Positions 1-9,843 are shown, counted from the stretch's first letter. The stretch is 39,471 nt of DNA from Eubacteriales bacterium (GCA_030523265.1 JAUNIU010000002.1:1-39471), one strand, 5' to 3'. Numbers and translations are program-made. Notes: generated from the sequence alone by a model not told the origin.

Positions 1-180
1 CTTGTGTCCCGCCTCGGTAAATACCAATACACTGCGGTGTGCTTCCACTGCCGGAATGAGATTTTTATTTTTGCGCGTGATATCCAATATCTTAACATGC
101 TCCAGATCCACCTCTGTGTTATCCGAAAAATACTGCAGCCATGCTAAAACATGAGAATTGTTAAACATAGGATGATCCAT
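1..180 (-). CDS. 5' part (60 codons) of a gene running off the left edge; resembles clostridial proteins annotated as precorrin-6B methylase (CbiT-like)
   Basis: Not in the ORF track. ATG at 180 is preceded by GGAGAAGGGGG, and the frame is open to position 1: MDHPMFNNSHVLAWLQYFSDNTEVDLEHVKILDITRKNKNLIPAVEAHRSVLVFTEAGHK. The product call is from recall of this N-terminus only. Confidence 0.6.
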   Translation of the reverse strand, partial: MDHPMFNNSHVLAWLQYFSDNTEVDLEHVKILDITRKNKNLIPAVEAHRSVLVFTEAGHK

Positions 181-327
181 GATACAACCCCCTTCTCCGT
201 ATAAATATTTGACTCCGGTATCAGATTTCTCTGATACCTTCCTCATCTATTTATATTTTACCACAGTCTGCTGGAAATTTCATCCATAGATTTCTTAGCG
301 TAACCCCCCGTGTAAGCCAGTGCATAT

Positions 328-1089
328 CTATTCCGTCCACAGACCGCGTTTCCTCAATATATGCCTTTCGATCACAGAAAAGATACATTTATCAATCAGA
401 ATACCGATAATGACGATCACCAGCATAACCAACATAACCTGATTGATATCCGCCAGATCACGCCCGGTAATCAATGTCTGCCCCAATCCAATGGAAGTCG
501 TCATGACTTCTCCTGCCATCAACGCTCTCCATGCAAAAGACCAGCCCTGTTTTAACCCCGCCACCAGTTCCGGCAGAGCTGCCGGAAATACCACTCTGGT
601 ATATAATTGTCGTTTGTTTGCTCCCATTGTCAAAGCGGCTTTGGTATAGATCGGCTGAATATTCTTAATGGCATTATCCACTGAGATCGCGATACTAAAA
701 GCGGCTCCCATCACCACCACAAACAGGATCGCCTGTGTGGATAACCCAAACCACAATATCGAGAATGGAACCCAGCACACACTAGGCAAGGTCTGTATTC
801 CCAGCACAATCGGCTTTAAATTCTTCTGCAAATACCGAAAATGATTTAATAATAATCCCAGGAGCAAACCAATCGCCACCGCGATCGCATAACCACTCAC
901 GCCACGCAGCAGAGAATTGACGGTAGCGGCACCCAGAGTGCCATCCTGCACCAATTCCACAAACCGCTCTGCTACCCCTGCCGGCGAAGGCACAGAATAA
1001 AACTTCCACACTGCCAGAACATCCACCCCAAGCCAATATACTCCCTGCCATAGAATCACGAGTAAAATCAGAAATATTATTATACTCAT
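328..1089 (-). CDS. ABC importer permease, SsuC/TauC/NitT family
   Basis: Several hydrophobic segments and an EAA-like loop (KAALTMGA...VVFPAALP); WRALMAGE motif; 4-nt overlap with the ATPase gene. Confidence 0.9.
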   Translation of the reverse strand: MSIIIFLILLVILWQGVYWLGVDVLAVWKFYSVPSPAGVAERFVELVQDGTLGAATVNSLLRGVSGYAIAVAIGLLLGLLLNHFRYLQKNLKPIVLGIQTLPSVCWVPFSILWFGLSTQAILFVVVMGAAFSIAISVDNAIKNIQPIYTKAALTMGANKRQLYTRVVFPAALPELVAGLKQGWSFAWRALMAGEVMTTSIGLGQTLITGRDLADINQVMLVMLVIVIIGILIDKCIFSVIERHILRKRGLWTE

Positions 1090-1838
1090 TTCACTTTCTC
1101 CTCTCCCCGCACTTCTTCCAGAATCCGGTGACGGTAATCTACAAATTCCGGTACATCATATACATGGCGCGGACGTTTCAGATCGATCGTAATAATATCT
1201 TTGATCCCTTGTATCTCCGGTGATAATACCACGACACGATCGGAAAGGTATACGGCCTCTTCTACACTATGGGTAATGAAAAAGATGGTCTGATGCGTTT
1301 CCATCCAGATGTTTTGCAATTCCTCACGCAGACGGTTGGATGTCTGTTTATCCAGAGCCGAAAACGGCTCATCCATCAATAAAAGCTTGGAATCCATGGT
1401 TAATGCCCGCGCCAGCGCTGTCCGCTGCCGCATACCACCGGAGATCTGGTGTATCGGATAATCCCGGTATTCCCAGAGATTTACCATTTTCAGATATTTC
1501 TCTGCTTTGTCTTTCTGTTCCTCCTTCGACACACCATTTAACTGCATTCCGAATTTCACATTGTCCATCACATTTAACCAGGGATACAGACCATGCTCCT
1601 GAAACATCACGGTCCGGTCTGCCCCCGGCCCTGTCACCGGCTCCCCGTTTAACAGGATCTCTCCACTTGAGGGAGTATCCAGACCTGCCACCAGATTGAG
1701 TAATGTACTTTTCCCGCAGCCGGATTGTCCCACGATGCTGACAAACTCACCGTCTTGTATCTCCAAATTAATATCTTTTAATGTAGGCATTTCTGCATTA
1801 TCAAAATGCTTACAAAGATTTTTCATCACTAATGACAT
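1086..1838 (-). CDS. ABC importer ATP-binding protein, SsuB/TauB family
   Basis: Walker A GQSGCGKST, signature ISGGMRQR, Walker B LLMDEPFSALD, and THSVEEAVYLSDR. Confidence 0.93.
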   Translation of the reverse strand: MSLVMKNLCKHFDNAEMPTLKDINLEIQDGEFVSIVGQSGCGKSTLLNLVAGLDTPSSGEILLNGEPVTGPGADRTVMFQEHGLYPWLNVMDNVKFGMQLNGVSKEEQKDKAEKYLKMVNLWEYRDYPIHQISGGMRQRTALARALTMDSKLLLMDEPFSALDKQTSNRLREELQNIWMETHQTIFFITHSVEEAVYLSDRVVVLSPEIQGIKDIITIDLKRPRHVYDVPEFVDYRHRILEEVRGEEKVK

Positions 1839-1851
1839 ATTGTTCTCCCTC

Positions 1852-2832
1852 TTACTCGTTTACAAACAGTCCGCTTTCCGGTACCTCATCGATAAATTTC
1901 TGCTCCTTGCTGATCTGCGCAAATCCGTCGATGGATTCCTTATTGTACTCTGCACTAACCTCAATACGGTTAAAAGCTTCCTTGATAATCGTTTCACTCA
2001 ATGATTTACCAGTAGCATCCTGCAGCTCCGTATTGATCACCTGCAATGCATTTTCTCTATCATCATTAATGGTCTGGGTAGCCTCTTCATGTGCCTTTAA
2101 GAATTTTTCCACAATGTCTGGATGCGCCTCGCGAAATTCCTTGCGCACTACCACCACTGCCACATCATATTTCCCTTCCAGATAAATCTGATCATAATCC
2201 AACAACATCTTTGCACCCTGCTCCAACAGAGTTGCCCCCCATGGCTCCGGAACCAATGCCGCATCCACGTCACCACGCTCTATCGTATTTGATACATCCG
2301 CATTTTCTACCGCACTCACAGTCACATCCCCACCCTCGGTGGTCGGTTTCAAACCATTCTCCTGCAAAAGCTGCAACAAGCATAAATGCTGTGTATTACC
2401 AATCTGCGGTATGGATACCTTTTTACCGGATAACTGAGAGATATCTGTGATATTGGAGTCCTTGCCAGTGATCAGGATCGCACCACCCTTGGTCACTCCA
2501 GATAAGATCTGCACATCTCCTTTGGATTTTGCATTCGCAGTAATGGCTGGCACCGGACCAATATATCCGATATCAATATCACCAGCAAATAATGCCTCAA
2601 CCTCTGCCGGACCAGCATTAAATGCACTCCACTTCACAGCCACATCATCACCGAAACTCTTTTCCAATGTTCCGTTCGCTTTCAGATACAATGCCTGCGC
2701 ATGGGTAACATTATTAAAATATCCGATATGCACCTGGGAATCCTCTTCTCCTTTGCTGGCTCCACAGCCCACCAATCCCACAGCTAATGCTGTCATCGTC
2801 AAAAGTGCAATTCCTTTTTTCCATAATCTCAT
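1852..2832 (-). CDS. Aliphatic sulfonate-type ABC substrate-binding lipoprotein (SsuA-like)
   Basis: Lipobox LVGC after a basic/hydrophobic signal peptide; IGYFNNVTHAQA, FNAGPAEVEAL and EPWG motifs. Start moved from 2850 to 2832 because GGAGG lies upstream of the second ATG. Confidence 0.88.
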   Translation of the reverse strand: MRLWKKGIALLTMTALAVGLVGCGASKGEEDSQVHIGYFNNVTHAQALYLKANGTLEKSFGDDVAVKWSAFNAGPAEVEALFAGDIDIGYIGPVPAITANAKSKGDVQILSGVTKGGAILITGKDSNITDISQLSGKKVSIPQIGNTQHLCLLQLLQENGLKPTTEGGDVTVSAVENADVSNTIERGDVDAALVPEPWGATLLEQGAKMLLDYDQIYLEGKYDVAVVVVRKEFREAHPDIVEKFLKAHEEATQTINDDRENALQVINTELQDATGKSLSETIIKEAFNRIEVSAEYNKESIDGFAQISKEQKFIDEVPESGLFVNE

Positions 2833-2944
2833 AATATTTTCTTCCTCCATTCTGTAAGATCCCCTTGGGGATCAATTGATTGATTGATGTTAGTGTACCA
2901 AAATATTTATTTCCCATCCTTTAAAATTTTGCAATCGTTTTCAT

Positions 2945-2972
2945 TTCATTTTATTTGCATTTGTGCTATAAT
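2945..2972 (+). promoter_or_regulatory. Probable SigA promoter for the LacI gene (extended -10)
   Basis: TG-C-TATAAT at 2964-2972 with a weak -35 (TTCATT, 2945-2950). Confidence 0.55.
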
Positions 2973-3100
2973 AACGAAAGTGACGAAAATTAGCTTTCTA
3001 AACACGAAAGTAAAGAAAAAAAATTTTACTACATTCGAGGAAAAATCAGTTATACAGCAATCATTTTGTCGAAATCAGTAAAAGAAAACAAAGTCATTTT

Positions 3101-3114
3101 TGAAAACGTTTTCA
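3101..3114. promoter_or_regulatory. LacI-family operator / cre-like palindrome
   Basis: Perfect 14-bp palindrome TGAAAACGTTTTCA with central CG; fits the cre consensus TGWAANCGNTNWCA; lies just upstream of a LacI gene. Confidence 0.75.
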
Positions 3115-3142
3115 CGAACAAAAAAAAGAAATGAGGATCACT

Positions 3143-4231
3143 ATGTCATTAAAAAAAATAGCAGAACTGGCGGGAACTTCCGTCTCCACTGTCTCACGCG
3201 TCTTAAATCAACCGGAGCACAAATGTCATGATCAGACTATGCGTGACCGGATATGGAAGATCGCGGCAGATTTGCAATATACCCCGAATACTATGGCAAG
3301 AAATCTCCGCAAAGGCGTGGACCCACAGGAAATACCATTTACCGTAGATGTATTTCTGACCCGTTTTCACTCCATTGAAAATGATGCATTTTTTATGGAA
3401 TTATTTCAGATTATCAAGGAAGAATTATTGACAAATGGGTGCTTATTCGGAGAACTATTGACGAGTGTGGATATTTGGAATCTGGGAAAAGAAAGTACGG
3501 AGTCTAAGCATATACCATACCGTTCCAGCTCCAAGGTACTAGCAGAACGCCCGCAAAATTCCCAGGCATTTATCAATATCAAGCGCAATACCGGTCTGGT
3601 CATACTGGGAAAATGTCCCGATCATCTGATCCCGCTTTTACGAAAACGATATCCCTGTGTGGTAGGCATTGACCGCAATCCCACCGATTATCTCTATGAT
3701 GAAATTTTTTGTGATGGTGCAGCTGCCACCGAACAGGCATTGGAATATCTGATTTCCCTTGGTCATAGAAATATTGCCTATATCGGAGATTGCAATTATG
3801 AATCCCGTTATGTCGGATATTACCAGACATTGTTAAACCATAAACTGCCTCTGAATTACGATAATATCTATCCTACAGACCAGACCAAACAAGAAGCGTA
3901 TCATATGACCGAAAAAATCCTGGAAAAACCCAAACGCCCCACAGCGATCTTCTGCGCCAACGACACGACAGCTCTGGGCGTTTTAGAAAAATTGAACCAA
4001 ACGAAACATTCCGACTACACGCCCTCGGTTATTTCCATTGACGATATCGAAGAAGCCAAACATTCTACACCGATGCTGACCACCATTTCCATTCCCAAAC
4101 GGGAAATGGGACATCTGGCTTTGACCACCCTGTTGGACCGTTGGAAAGGGTATCATACAGAAAACATCCGTATTGAACTCCCCTGCCATCTGACGAAACG
4201 GGAAAGCTGCGATTATAACTATCAATCATAG
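3143..4231 (+). CDS. LacI-family transcriptional regulator
   Basis: N-terminal HTH (SLKKIAELAGTSVSTVSRVLN), hinge YTPNTMARNL, and C-terminal PTAIFCAND...PMLTTI. GAGGA precedes the ATG at 3143. Confidence 0.92.
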   Translation: MSLKKIAELAGTSVSTVSRVLNQPEHKCHDQTMRDRIWKIAADLQYTPNTMARNLRKGVDPQEIPFTVDVFLTRFHSIENDAFFMELFQIIKEELLTNGCLFGELLTSVDIWNLGKESTESKHIPYRSSSKVLAERPQNSQAFINIKRNTGLVILGKCPDHLIPLLRKRYPCVVGIDRNPTDYLYDEIFCDGAAATEQALEYLISLGHRNIAYIGDCNYESRYVGYYQTLLNHKLPLNYDNIYPTDQTKQEAYHMTEKILEKPKRPTAIFCANDTTALGVLEKLNQTKHSDYTPSVISIDDIEEAKHSTPMLTTISIPKREMGHLALTTLLDRWKGYHTENIRIELPCHLTKRESCDYNYQS

Positions 4232-4287
4232 CGTGCAAACTGACTTATAGATCCATATAGAATATTATTATCAGACTGGAGAAAATC

Positions 4288-5118
4288 ATGCATAATTCAC
4301 AGATCCGTTTCATCGGTTTAGATCTGGATGGAACTTTACTGACACCGGATAAGACAATATCCCCCCGGACCAGAACCGCCATTCAAAAATGCACCGAAAA
4401 GGGCATCCTCCTAGTGCCCATCACCGGAAGACCTGCACACGGACTTCCGTCATGTGTAAGAGAAATACCAGAATTTGGCTATGCGATCACATCCAACGGA
4501 GCCTTGACACAGGAACTGACCTCCGGTGTCACTCTAGCCAGCCACCAGATACCGCCAAAGACCACAGCAGAGATCATTAACTGCACCCGGCAATATGATG
4601 TAAGCTACGAAATCTTCCAAAACGGATATGGCTACACCACACAGTATACCTATGATCAACTGCTCCGAAAATACCAAGGTACTCCTCTGCTGTCCTACAT
4701 TACGGATAGCAGAAGGCCATTGCCTGATTTAGATACATTGACCTCCCTCTGCCTGAAACCAGTGGAAGGGATCTCGATCCTTTGTAAACAGAGGTGCATC
4801 CGAAACCAGATACACCAAAAACTAATCATGTTACCGGACATTCAGATCGTGTACCCCAACCCCATGAATCTGGAAATCAATCACAGCATGGCAGACAAAG
4901 GACGTGCCATGCTGTCTCTGGCAGAACATTTAGGCATCCGCCCGGATGCCATACTCGCCATCGGCGACAGTGATAACGACCGCACCATGCTGGCACAGGC
5001 CGGCATTGGCATCGCCATGGGTAACGCCACTGCAAGACTGCGCTCCACGACCCATTATACCACCCAGGACAACGCACACGACGGAGTCGCCATCGTCCTG
5101 GAACATCTGTTGACTTAA
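4288..5118 (+). CDS. Cof-type HAD-IIB phosphatase
   Basis: DLDGTLL (motif I), ITGR (II), DKG (III), GDSDND (IV). Confidence 0.92.
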   Translation: MHNSQIRFIGLDLDGTLLTPDKTISPRTRTAIQKCTEKGILLVPITGRPAHGLPSCVREIPEFGYAITSNGALTQELTSGVTLASHQIPPKTTAEIINCTRQYDVSYEIFQNGYGYTTQYTYDQLLRKYQGTPLLSYITDSRRPLPDLDTLTSLCLKPVEGISILCKQRCIRNQIHQKLIMLPDIQIVYPNPMNLEINHSMADKGRAMLSLAEHLGIRPDAILAIGDSDNDRTMLAQAGIGIAMGNATARLRSTTHYTTQDNAHDGVAIVLEHLLT

Positions 5119-6578
5119 CGTTTCGGCTTATGAAACACTACCCCAAAGACCGCCAGCAACAACAAGACCGCAAACAGCATCCATCCCACCAACACCCTGG
5201 TGCCCATGCCGGCAAAGATATCATAATATCCCTTGAGATAGACCACCGTGATGATCAGTGGCAATAAATAGGTCATATATAACCGCAAGCCGCCAGGCAG
5301 TTTGCAACCGGCGCCTGCGTTGGCTTCTGTCCGAAAATTCTCCCAACCCCATCCGTTCTTTCTCACACAGAACAGAACGAAAATCATACTTCCCAATGGT
5401 AATAGATTATAAGATACCAAAAAATCCTCTAAATCCATGATCGTTGACCCCGCGCCCAAGGGCTGAAAAGCGGACAGCAGATTAAACCCAAACACCGCAG
5501 GTAATGATAATAATGTAACCAATATAATATTAAAAAACACAGCTTTCTTGCGTTCCCAATGTAAGAGATCCATATAAAACGACAGTATGTTTTCAAATAC
5601 GGCAATAATGGTGGATAATGCTGCAAATGACATAAACACAAAGAAGCAGGTACCCCAGATGCGCCCACCCGACATATGGTTAAATACATTCGGTAAGGTA
5701 ATAAACAGCAACGATGGTCCTTTATCCGGCTCTACTCCATAGGCGAAGCAGGCTGGTATAATGATAAATCCTGCCATCAACGCCACAAAGGTATCCAAGA
5801 TTACCACACTTCTGGCTTCCCCGACTAACGTCCGCTCCCGATTCAGATAACTACCAAAGATCTCCATAGCACCGATACCGATACTTAACGTAAAAAACGC
5901 ATGTGTCATCGCATCAAAGATCACCGTACCGATGCCGCGCTCCTGTATGGCGTCCAGATTTGGTATCAGATAGAATTTCACCCCTTGCATGGCATTGGGT
6001 AAAGTAATCGAATGGATTGCCAATATCACAATTAACACAATCAGAATACTCATCATCACCTTCGTGATCTTCTCGATACCATTTTGCAATCCCAGTACAC
6101 AGATCCCAAAGGAGATCAGCACCGCCAGCACCATCCAGCCAGACATCGTGCCGGCAGACCCCAGCATATCCGAAAACGCCTGTTCCACCTGCACCGCTCC
6201 GACATTCGACAACTGACCGGACAACATACGATATACGTAGTAAAGCATCCAGCCTCCCACCATCGTATAAAACATCATCAATAAATAATTACCAAATATG
6301 GAAAACCATTTAAAATGATGCCAGCGGGTTCCCTCCGGCTCTAAGACCTCATACGCTTTTGCCGCGCCTTTCTTACTGCCACGTCCCACTGCAAATTCAC
6401 AAATCAGGATCGGGAATCCCAAGATCACTAAAAACACCAGATAGATTAATATAAATGCCGCCCCACCATTCTGACCGCATATATATGGAAATTTCCAGAC
6501 ATTTCCCAATCCCACAGCACAACCAGCCGACACCAATATAAAGCCCAAACGGGACCCAAAATTTTCTCTCTCCTGCAT
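5115..6578 (-). CDS. Sodium-dependent transporter, NSS/SNF (LeuT-like) family
   Basis: RENFGSRLGFILVSAGCAVGLGNVWKFPY and GGAAF motifs; about 12 TM segments. Start set at MQERENF because GAGGA lies upstream. Confidence 0.92.
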   Translation of the reverse strand: MQERENFGSRLGFILVSAGCAVGLGNVWKFPYICGQNGGAAFILIYLVFLVILGFPILICEFAVGRGSKKGAAKAYEVLEPEGTRWHHFKWFSIFGNYLLMMFYTMVGGWMLYYVYRMLSGQLSNVGAVQVEQAFSDMLGSAGTMSGWMVLAVLISFGICVLGLQNGIEKITKVMMSILIVLIVILAIHSITLPNAMQGVKFYLIPNLDAIQERGIGTVIFDAMTHAFFTLSIGIGAMEIFGSYLNRERTLVGEARSVVILDTFVALMAGFIIIPACFAYGVEPDKGPSLLFITLPNVFNHMSGGRIWGTCFFVFMSFAALSTIIAVFENILSFYMDLLHWERKKAVFFNIILVTLLSLPAVFGFNLLSAFQPLGAGSTIMDLEDFLVSYNLLPLGSMIFVLFCVRKNGWGWENFRTEANAGAGCKLPGGLRLYMTYLLPLIITVVYLKGYYDIFAGMGTRVLVGWMLFAVLLLLAVFGVVFHKPKR

Positions 6579-6625
6579 AACATTCCTCATTGCTTCATTT
6601 TTCTCATGACTTGTACTCAAATACA

Positions 6626-7384
6626 CTACCCTTCCATTTTCTGCAAAAATGCTTTGGTGCGTTCGCTGGAAGGATGATCAATCACATCTTTCGGACAACC
6701 CTCTTCTACGATCACACCGCCATCCATAAAGATCACCCGGTCCGCCACTTTTCTGGCAAATTCAATCTCATGGGTGACGATCAGCATGGTGATTTTCTCC
6801 TCTGCCAACTGACGCAGTACCTTCAAAATCTCGGCCGTAATCTCCGGATCCAGTGCGGAAGTCGGTTCATCAAAAAACAACATCTGCGGTTTCATTGCCA
6901 GAGCTCTGGCGATGGCAACACGCTGTTGCTGCCCGCCGGACAACTGACATGGATAATAATCTTCCTTATCCTCCAACCCCACTTTCTTGAGTAATTCCTT
7001 TGCTTCCTGTATCACTTCCTGCTTGTTGCGTTTCTGTACATGTATCGGTGCATCAATCACATTCTTAAGCACGGTATAATGAGGAAACAGATTAAAATTC
7101 TGAAATACCAGACCAAACATATTTTTACATTTTTGTAAACTGGCTTTTTTCGCATAAACGGCTTTGCCGTGATAATCTTTTGCTACAACATGCTGCCCAT
7201 ACATCAGGTCACCTGCATCCATCTTCTCCAACATGGTGGCACAGCGGAGCATCGTGGATTTCCCCGAACCGGATGGTCCCAGAACCGCAATTACTTCTCC
7301 CTCTTCCACGGTCATGGAGATATCAGACAACACCTGCAAATCTTCATAACTTTTTTTCATATGTTGAATGGTTAATACTGCCAT
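6626..7384 (-). CDS. Polar amino acid ABC transporter ATP-binding protein (GlnQ-like)
   Basis: GPSGSGKST, VFQNFNLFPH, LSGGQQQRVAIARALAM, FDEPTSALDPE. Confidence 0.93.
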   Translation of the reverse strand: MAVLTIQHMKKSYEDLQVLSDISMTVEEGEVIAVLGPSGSGKSTMLRCATMLEKMDAGDLMYGQHVVAKDYHGKAVYAKKASLQKCKNMFGLVFQNFNLFPHYTVLKNVIDAPIHVQKRNKQEVIQEAKELLKKVGLEDKEDYYPCQLSGGQQQRVAIARALAMKPQMLFFDEPTSALDPEITAEILKVLRQLAEEKITMLIVTHEIEFARKVADRVIFMDGGVIVEEGCPKDVIDHPSSERTKAFLQKMEG

Positions 7385-7397
7385 ACGTCTGTACCTC

Positions 7398-8948
7398 CTA
7401 ACTGAAATATTGCATTTTCTTTTCCAACTGTTCCATCAAGATGGCTACTACAAAATTAAACACATAGTAAAATACACCAGCTACAAACAATGGCAGGATA
7501 CTGGCATCTGCTGCCGCCACCTGTTTCGCCATGGTAAACATTTCCGTATAAGCCAGGGCAAATGCCAGCGAAGTATCTTTCACCAGAGTGATGACTTCAT
7601 TGGTCACCGGAGGAATTACCCGTTTGACCATCTGCGGGAAGATAATCTTCCAGAATGTCTGTATCCTGGAATATCCCAATACATTGGCAGCTTCATATTG
7701 CCCCACCGGTATACTCTCGATACCGGAACGATAAATCTCCGCAAAATATGCCGCATAATTCAGGGAGAAACCAATGATCACGGCATAAAACCGATAACGG
7801 GAAGATAACGTCATGCCCAAGACATAATACGGTCCAAAGAACACCACCAATAACTGCAGCATCAACGGAGTTCCCCGCACAATCGATATGTAAATTCTGG
7901 CAATCCATTGCACCAGCCCGAATCTGGATTTGCGCAGCATACACACCAGCAATCCCAAAGGCATCGAAAACAGTAACGTCAACAGAAAGATCGCCAGAGA
8001 CGCCAAAATGCCACCGGACAAACGCTTCATGATACTGATAACCTTCTCACCAAAGGTACTTTTCACAATCGAGGAGTCATCCTGACGGTATGCACTGTCG
8101 GTTCCTTCCTCCCCCAGGCATATACAATCACTCAAATCCCATTCCTCTGCGATACTGGCAAAGGTACCATCTGCCAGCATTTCATCCAGTGCCGCCTGTA
8201 CCTGATCCCGCAGTTTGGTATTGCCTGCTTTAAATCCGATTCCATACTGCTCTGAGGATACCTGCTCCTCTAACATACGAAAGGCATCCCCTCGCTGTTC
8301 GATCTGATAACTTGCCACACCGATATCCATACAGATCGCATCCACAGAACCAGACTCCAGATTCATGAACGCACTATTATAATCCGATACTTGCTGTAAA
8401 TCTGCAAAACTGGCACATAGCTCTTGATTTTCCGCAGTGGCATCCTCCCCGGTAAAGGCTTTCAAAGCGGACGAATCCGCCTGTACCACCACGACTTTTC
8501 CCGCTAAATCCTTTAGTTTCTTGATCTTGGCATCACTCTTGACAATAACCACCTGTGAATTGTCAATATATGCCTTTGACCAGGTGTATGCATTTTCCCG
8601 GCCATTGATCGTAAACCCATTCCAGATACAATCAATGGAGCCGGAGTTTAATTCCATATCTTTTGAATCCCAATCCACCGGTTGTTTCACCAGTGTCCAA
8701 CCGTTCCGCTTACACACCTCTGCTGCCAGATCCAGGTCAAATCCCACATACTCTCCCTCTTCATTTTTGTATCCATAGGGAGGAAACTCTGCATCAAAAC
8801 CTACCGTAAAGGTGGTGCCATCATCACTGGCGGCTGCCTCTGTCCTGTGTCCTTCTGCAAAAAGAGCACTGCCACACCCCACCAAGAGAGAACATAGCAA
8901 TAACCACAAGAACAGATGCTTTTTGTAATTCTTTTTCTGCTTTTGCAT
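7398..8948 (-). CDS. Fused polar amino acid substrate-binding (SBP family 3) and permease protein
   Basis: N-terminal signal; VGFDAEFPPYGY...GFDLDLA binding domain; C-terminal RGTPLMLQL, AAYFAEIYRSG and VKDTSL permease motifs. Confidence 0.92.
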   Translation of the reverse strand: MQKQKKNYKKHLFLWLLLCSLLVGCGSALFAEGHRTEAAASDDGTTFTVGFDAEFPPYGYKNEEGEYVGFDLDLAAEVCKRNGWTLVKQPVDWDSKDMELNSGSIDCIWNGFTINGRENAYTWSKAYIDNSQVVIVKSDAKIKKLKDLAGKVVVVQADSSALKAFTGEDATAENQELCASFADLQQVSDYNSAFMNLESGSVDAICMDIGVASYQIEQRGDAFRMLEEQVSSEQYGIGFKAGNTKLRDQVQAALDEMLADGTFASIAEEWDLSDCICLGEEGTDSAYRQDDSSIVKSTFGEKVISIMKRLSGGILASLAIFLLTLLFSMPLGLLVCMLRKSRFGLVQWIARIYISIVRGTPLMLQLLVVFFGPYYVLGMTLSSRYRFYAVIIGFSLNYAAYFAEIYRSGIESIPVGQYEAANVLGYSRIQTFWKIIFPQMVKRVIPPVTNEVITLVKDTSLAFALAYTEMFTMAKQVAAADASILPLFVAGVFYYVFNFVVAILMEQLEKKMQYFS

Positions 8949-9040
8949 ATGTACGATTCCTTTCTTTCCCGCAAGGTGATAAACACCACCTTACAGATAT
9001 AATCATGTATAATTCCCAGTATAACATAGGGATATGAAAA

Positions 9041-9065
9041 AGGGCAACATTCATATGCTGCCCCT
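9041..9065 (-). terminator. Rho-independent terminator of the cis-prenyltransferase gene
   Basis: Minus strand reads GGGCAGCAT-atga-ATGTTGCCC followed by TTTTT, immediately after the stop codon. Confidence 0.75.
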
Positions 9066-9071
9066 GCCGTA

Positions 9072-9710
9072 TCAACCTCCCAGTGTCACATCCTGTCTGG
9101 CATACCACTCCAGCGCATTCTGAAAATCATCTTCCTGATAATCCGGCCAGCAGTGATCAATTACATAAAAATCAGAATAGACACTTTGGATCGGAAGAAA
9201 GCCGGATAACCTTCGCATACCGCCCCATCGAATCACCAGATCGATTCTGGAGATATCCGAAGAATACGGACATCCATCCGACTGTATATGGGATAAGTCC
9301 CACTGCCAGCCATAATTCACCAGAAAATTCAACCGAATCCCACCGCCATTAATGGAGCGTCTTGTTGTATATGAACGAAGCTGCTCCGGGAAACACTTTG
9401 ATTCGCGATTACCGATGACTAATAAATCCGCTCCTTCTTTGGTGATCATGTCCACAGCATCCACACAGGCTTTTTGAAACGCCTGAAACTGCGCAGACGG
9501 ACGCTTGCAATTATCGACGGTAAAACCATAATACGTAATTTCTTCGATTCCCTGTTCTTTTGCCTGATGAAATAACTGCAATCCTGGCATTAAACCATAC
9601 GCATAACCATCTTGTTTCTCCATGCCATGGTGTGTCGCCCAGCGCCGGTTGCCATCCGGAATGATCCCGATATGTTTTGGTCTTTTATGCATCTTGTCTT
9701 TCCTTTCCAT
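9072..9710 (-). CDS. Short, divergent cis-prenyltransferase (UppS family paralogue)
   Basis: PKHIGIIPDGNRRWA, YGFTVDNCKRP and DLVIRWGGMRRLSGFL correspond to the UppS conserved regions; only 212 aa. Confidence 0.85.
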   Translation of the reverse strand: MERKDKMHKRPKHIGIIPDGNRRWATHHGMEKQDGYAYGLMPGLQLFHQAKEQGIEEITYYGFTVDNCKRPSAQFQAFQKACVDAVDMITKEGADLLVIGNRESKCFPEQLRSYTTRRSINGGGIRLNFLVNYGWQWDLSHIQSDGCPYSSDISRIDLVIRWGGMRRLSGFLPIQSVYSDFYVIDHCWPDYQEDDFQNALEWYARQDVTLGG

Positions 9711-9843
9711 GATTCTGATTTTATTCCAGAATAATGTCCCCCAAAATACATAGTTTTACTCCTTAGAAACGGAATTTTCTTCCTCTCATGATTGTACTAA
9801 GAACTGCACCGCACTCCAAACACCTATCTGACACCCTCTTCCC

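Noticed and set aside
8949-9071. Riboswitch or T-box upstream of the amino-acid ABC operon
   Set aside because: The leader is too short and lacks T-box, SAM or lysine consensus elements; only a small hairpin is present.
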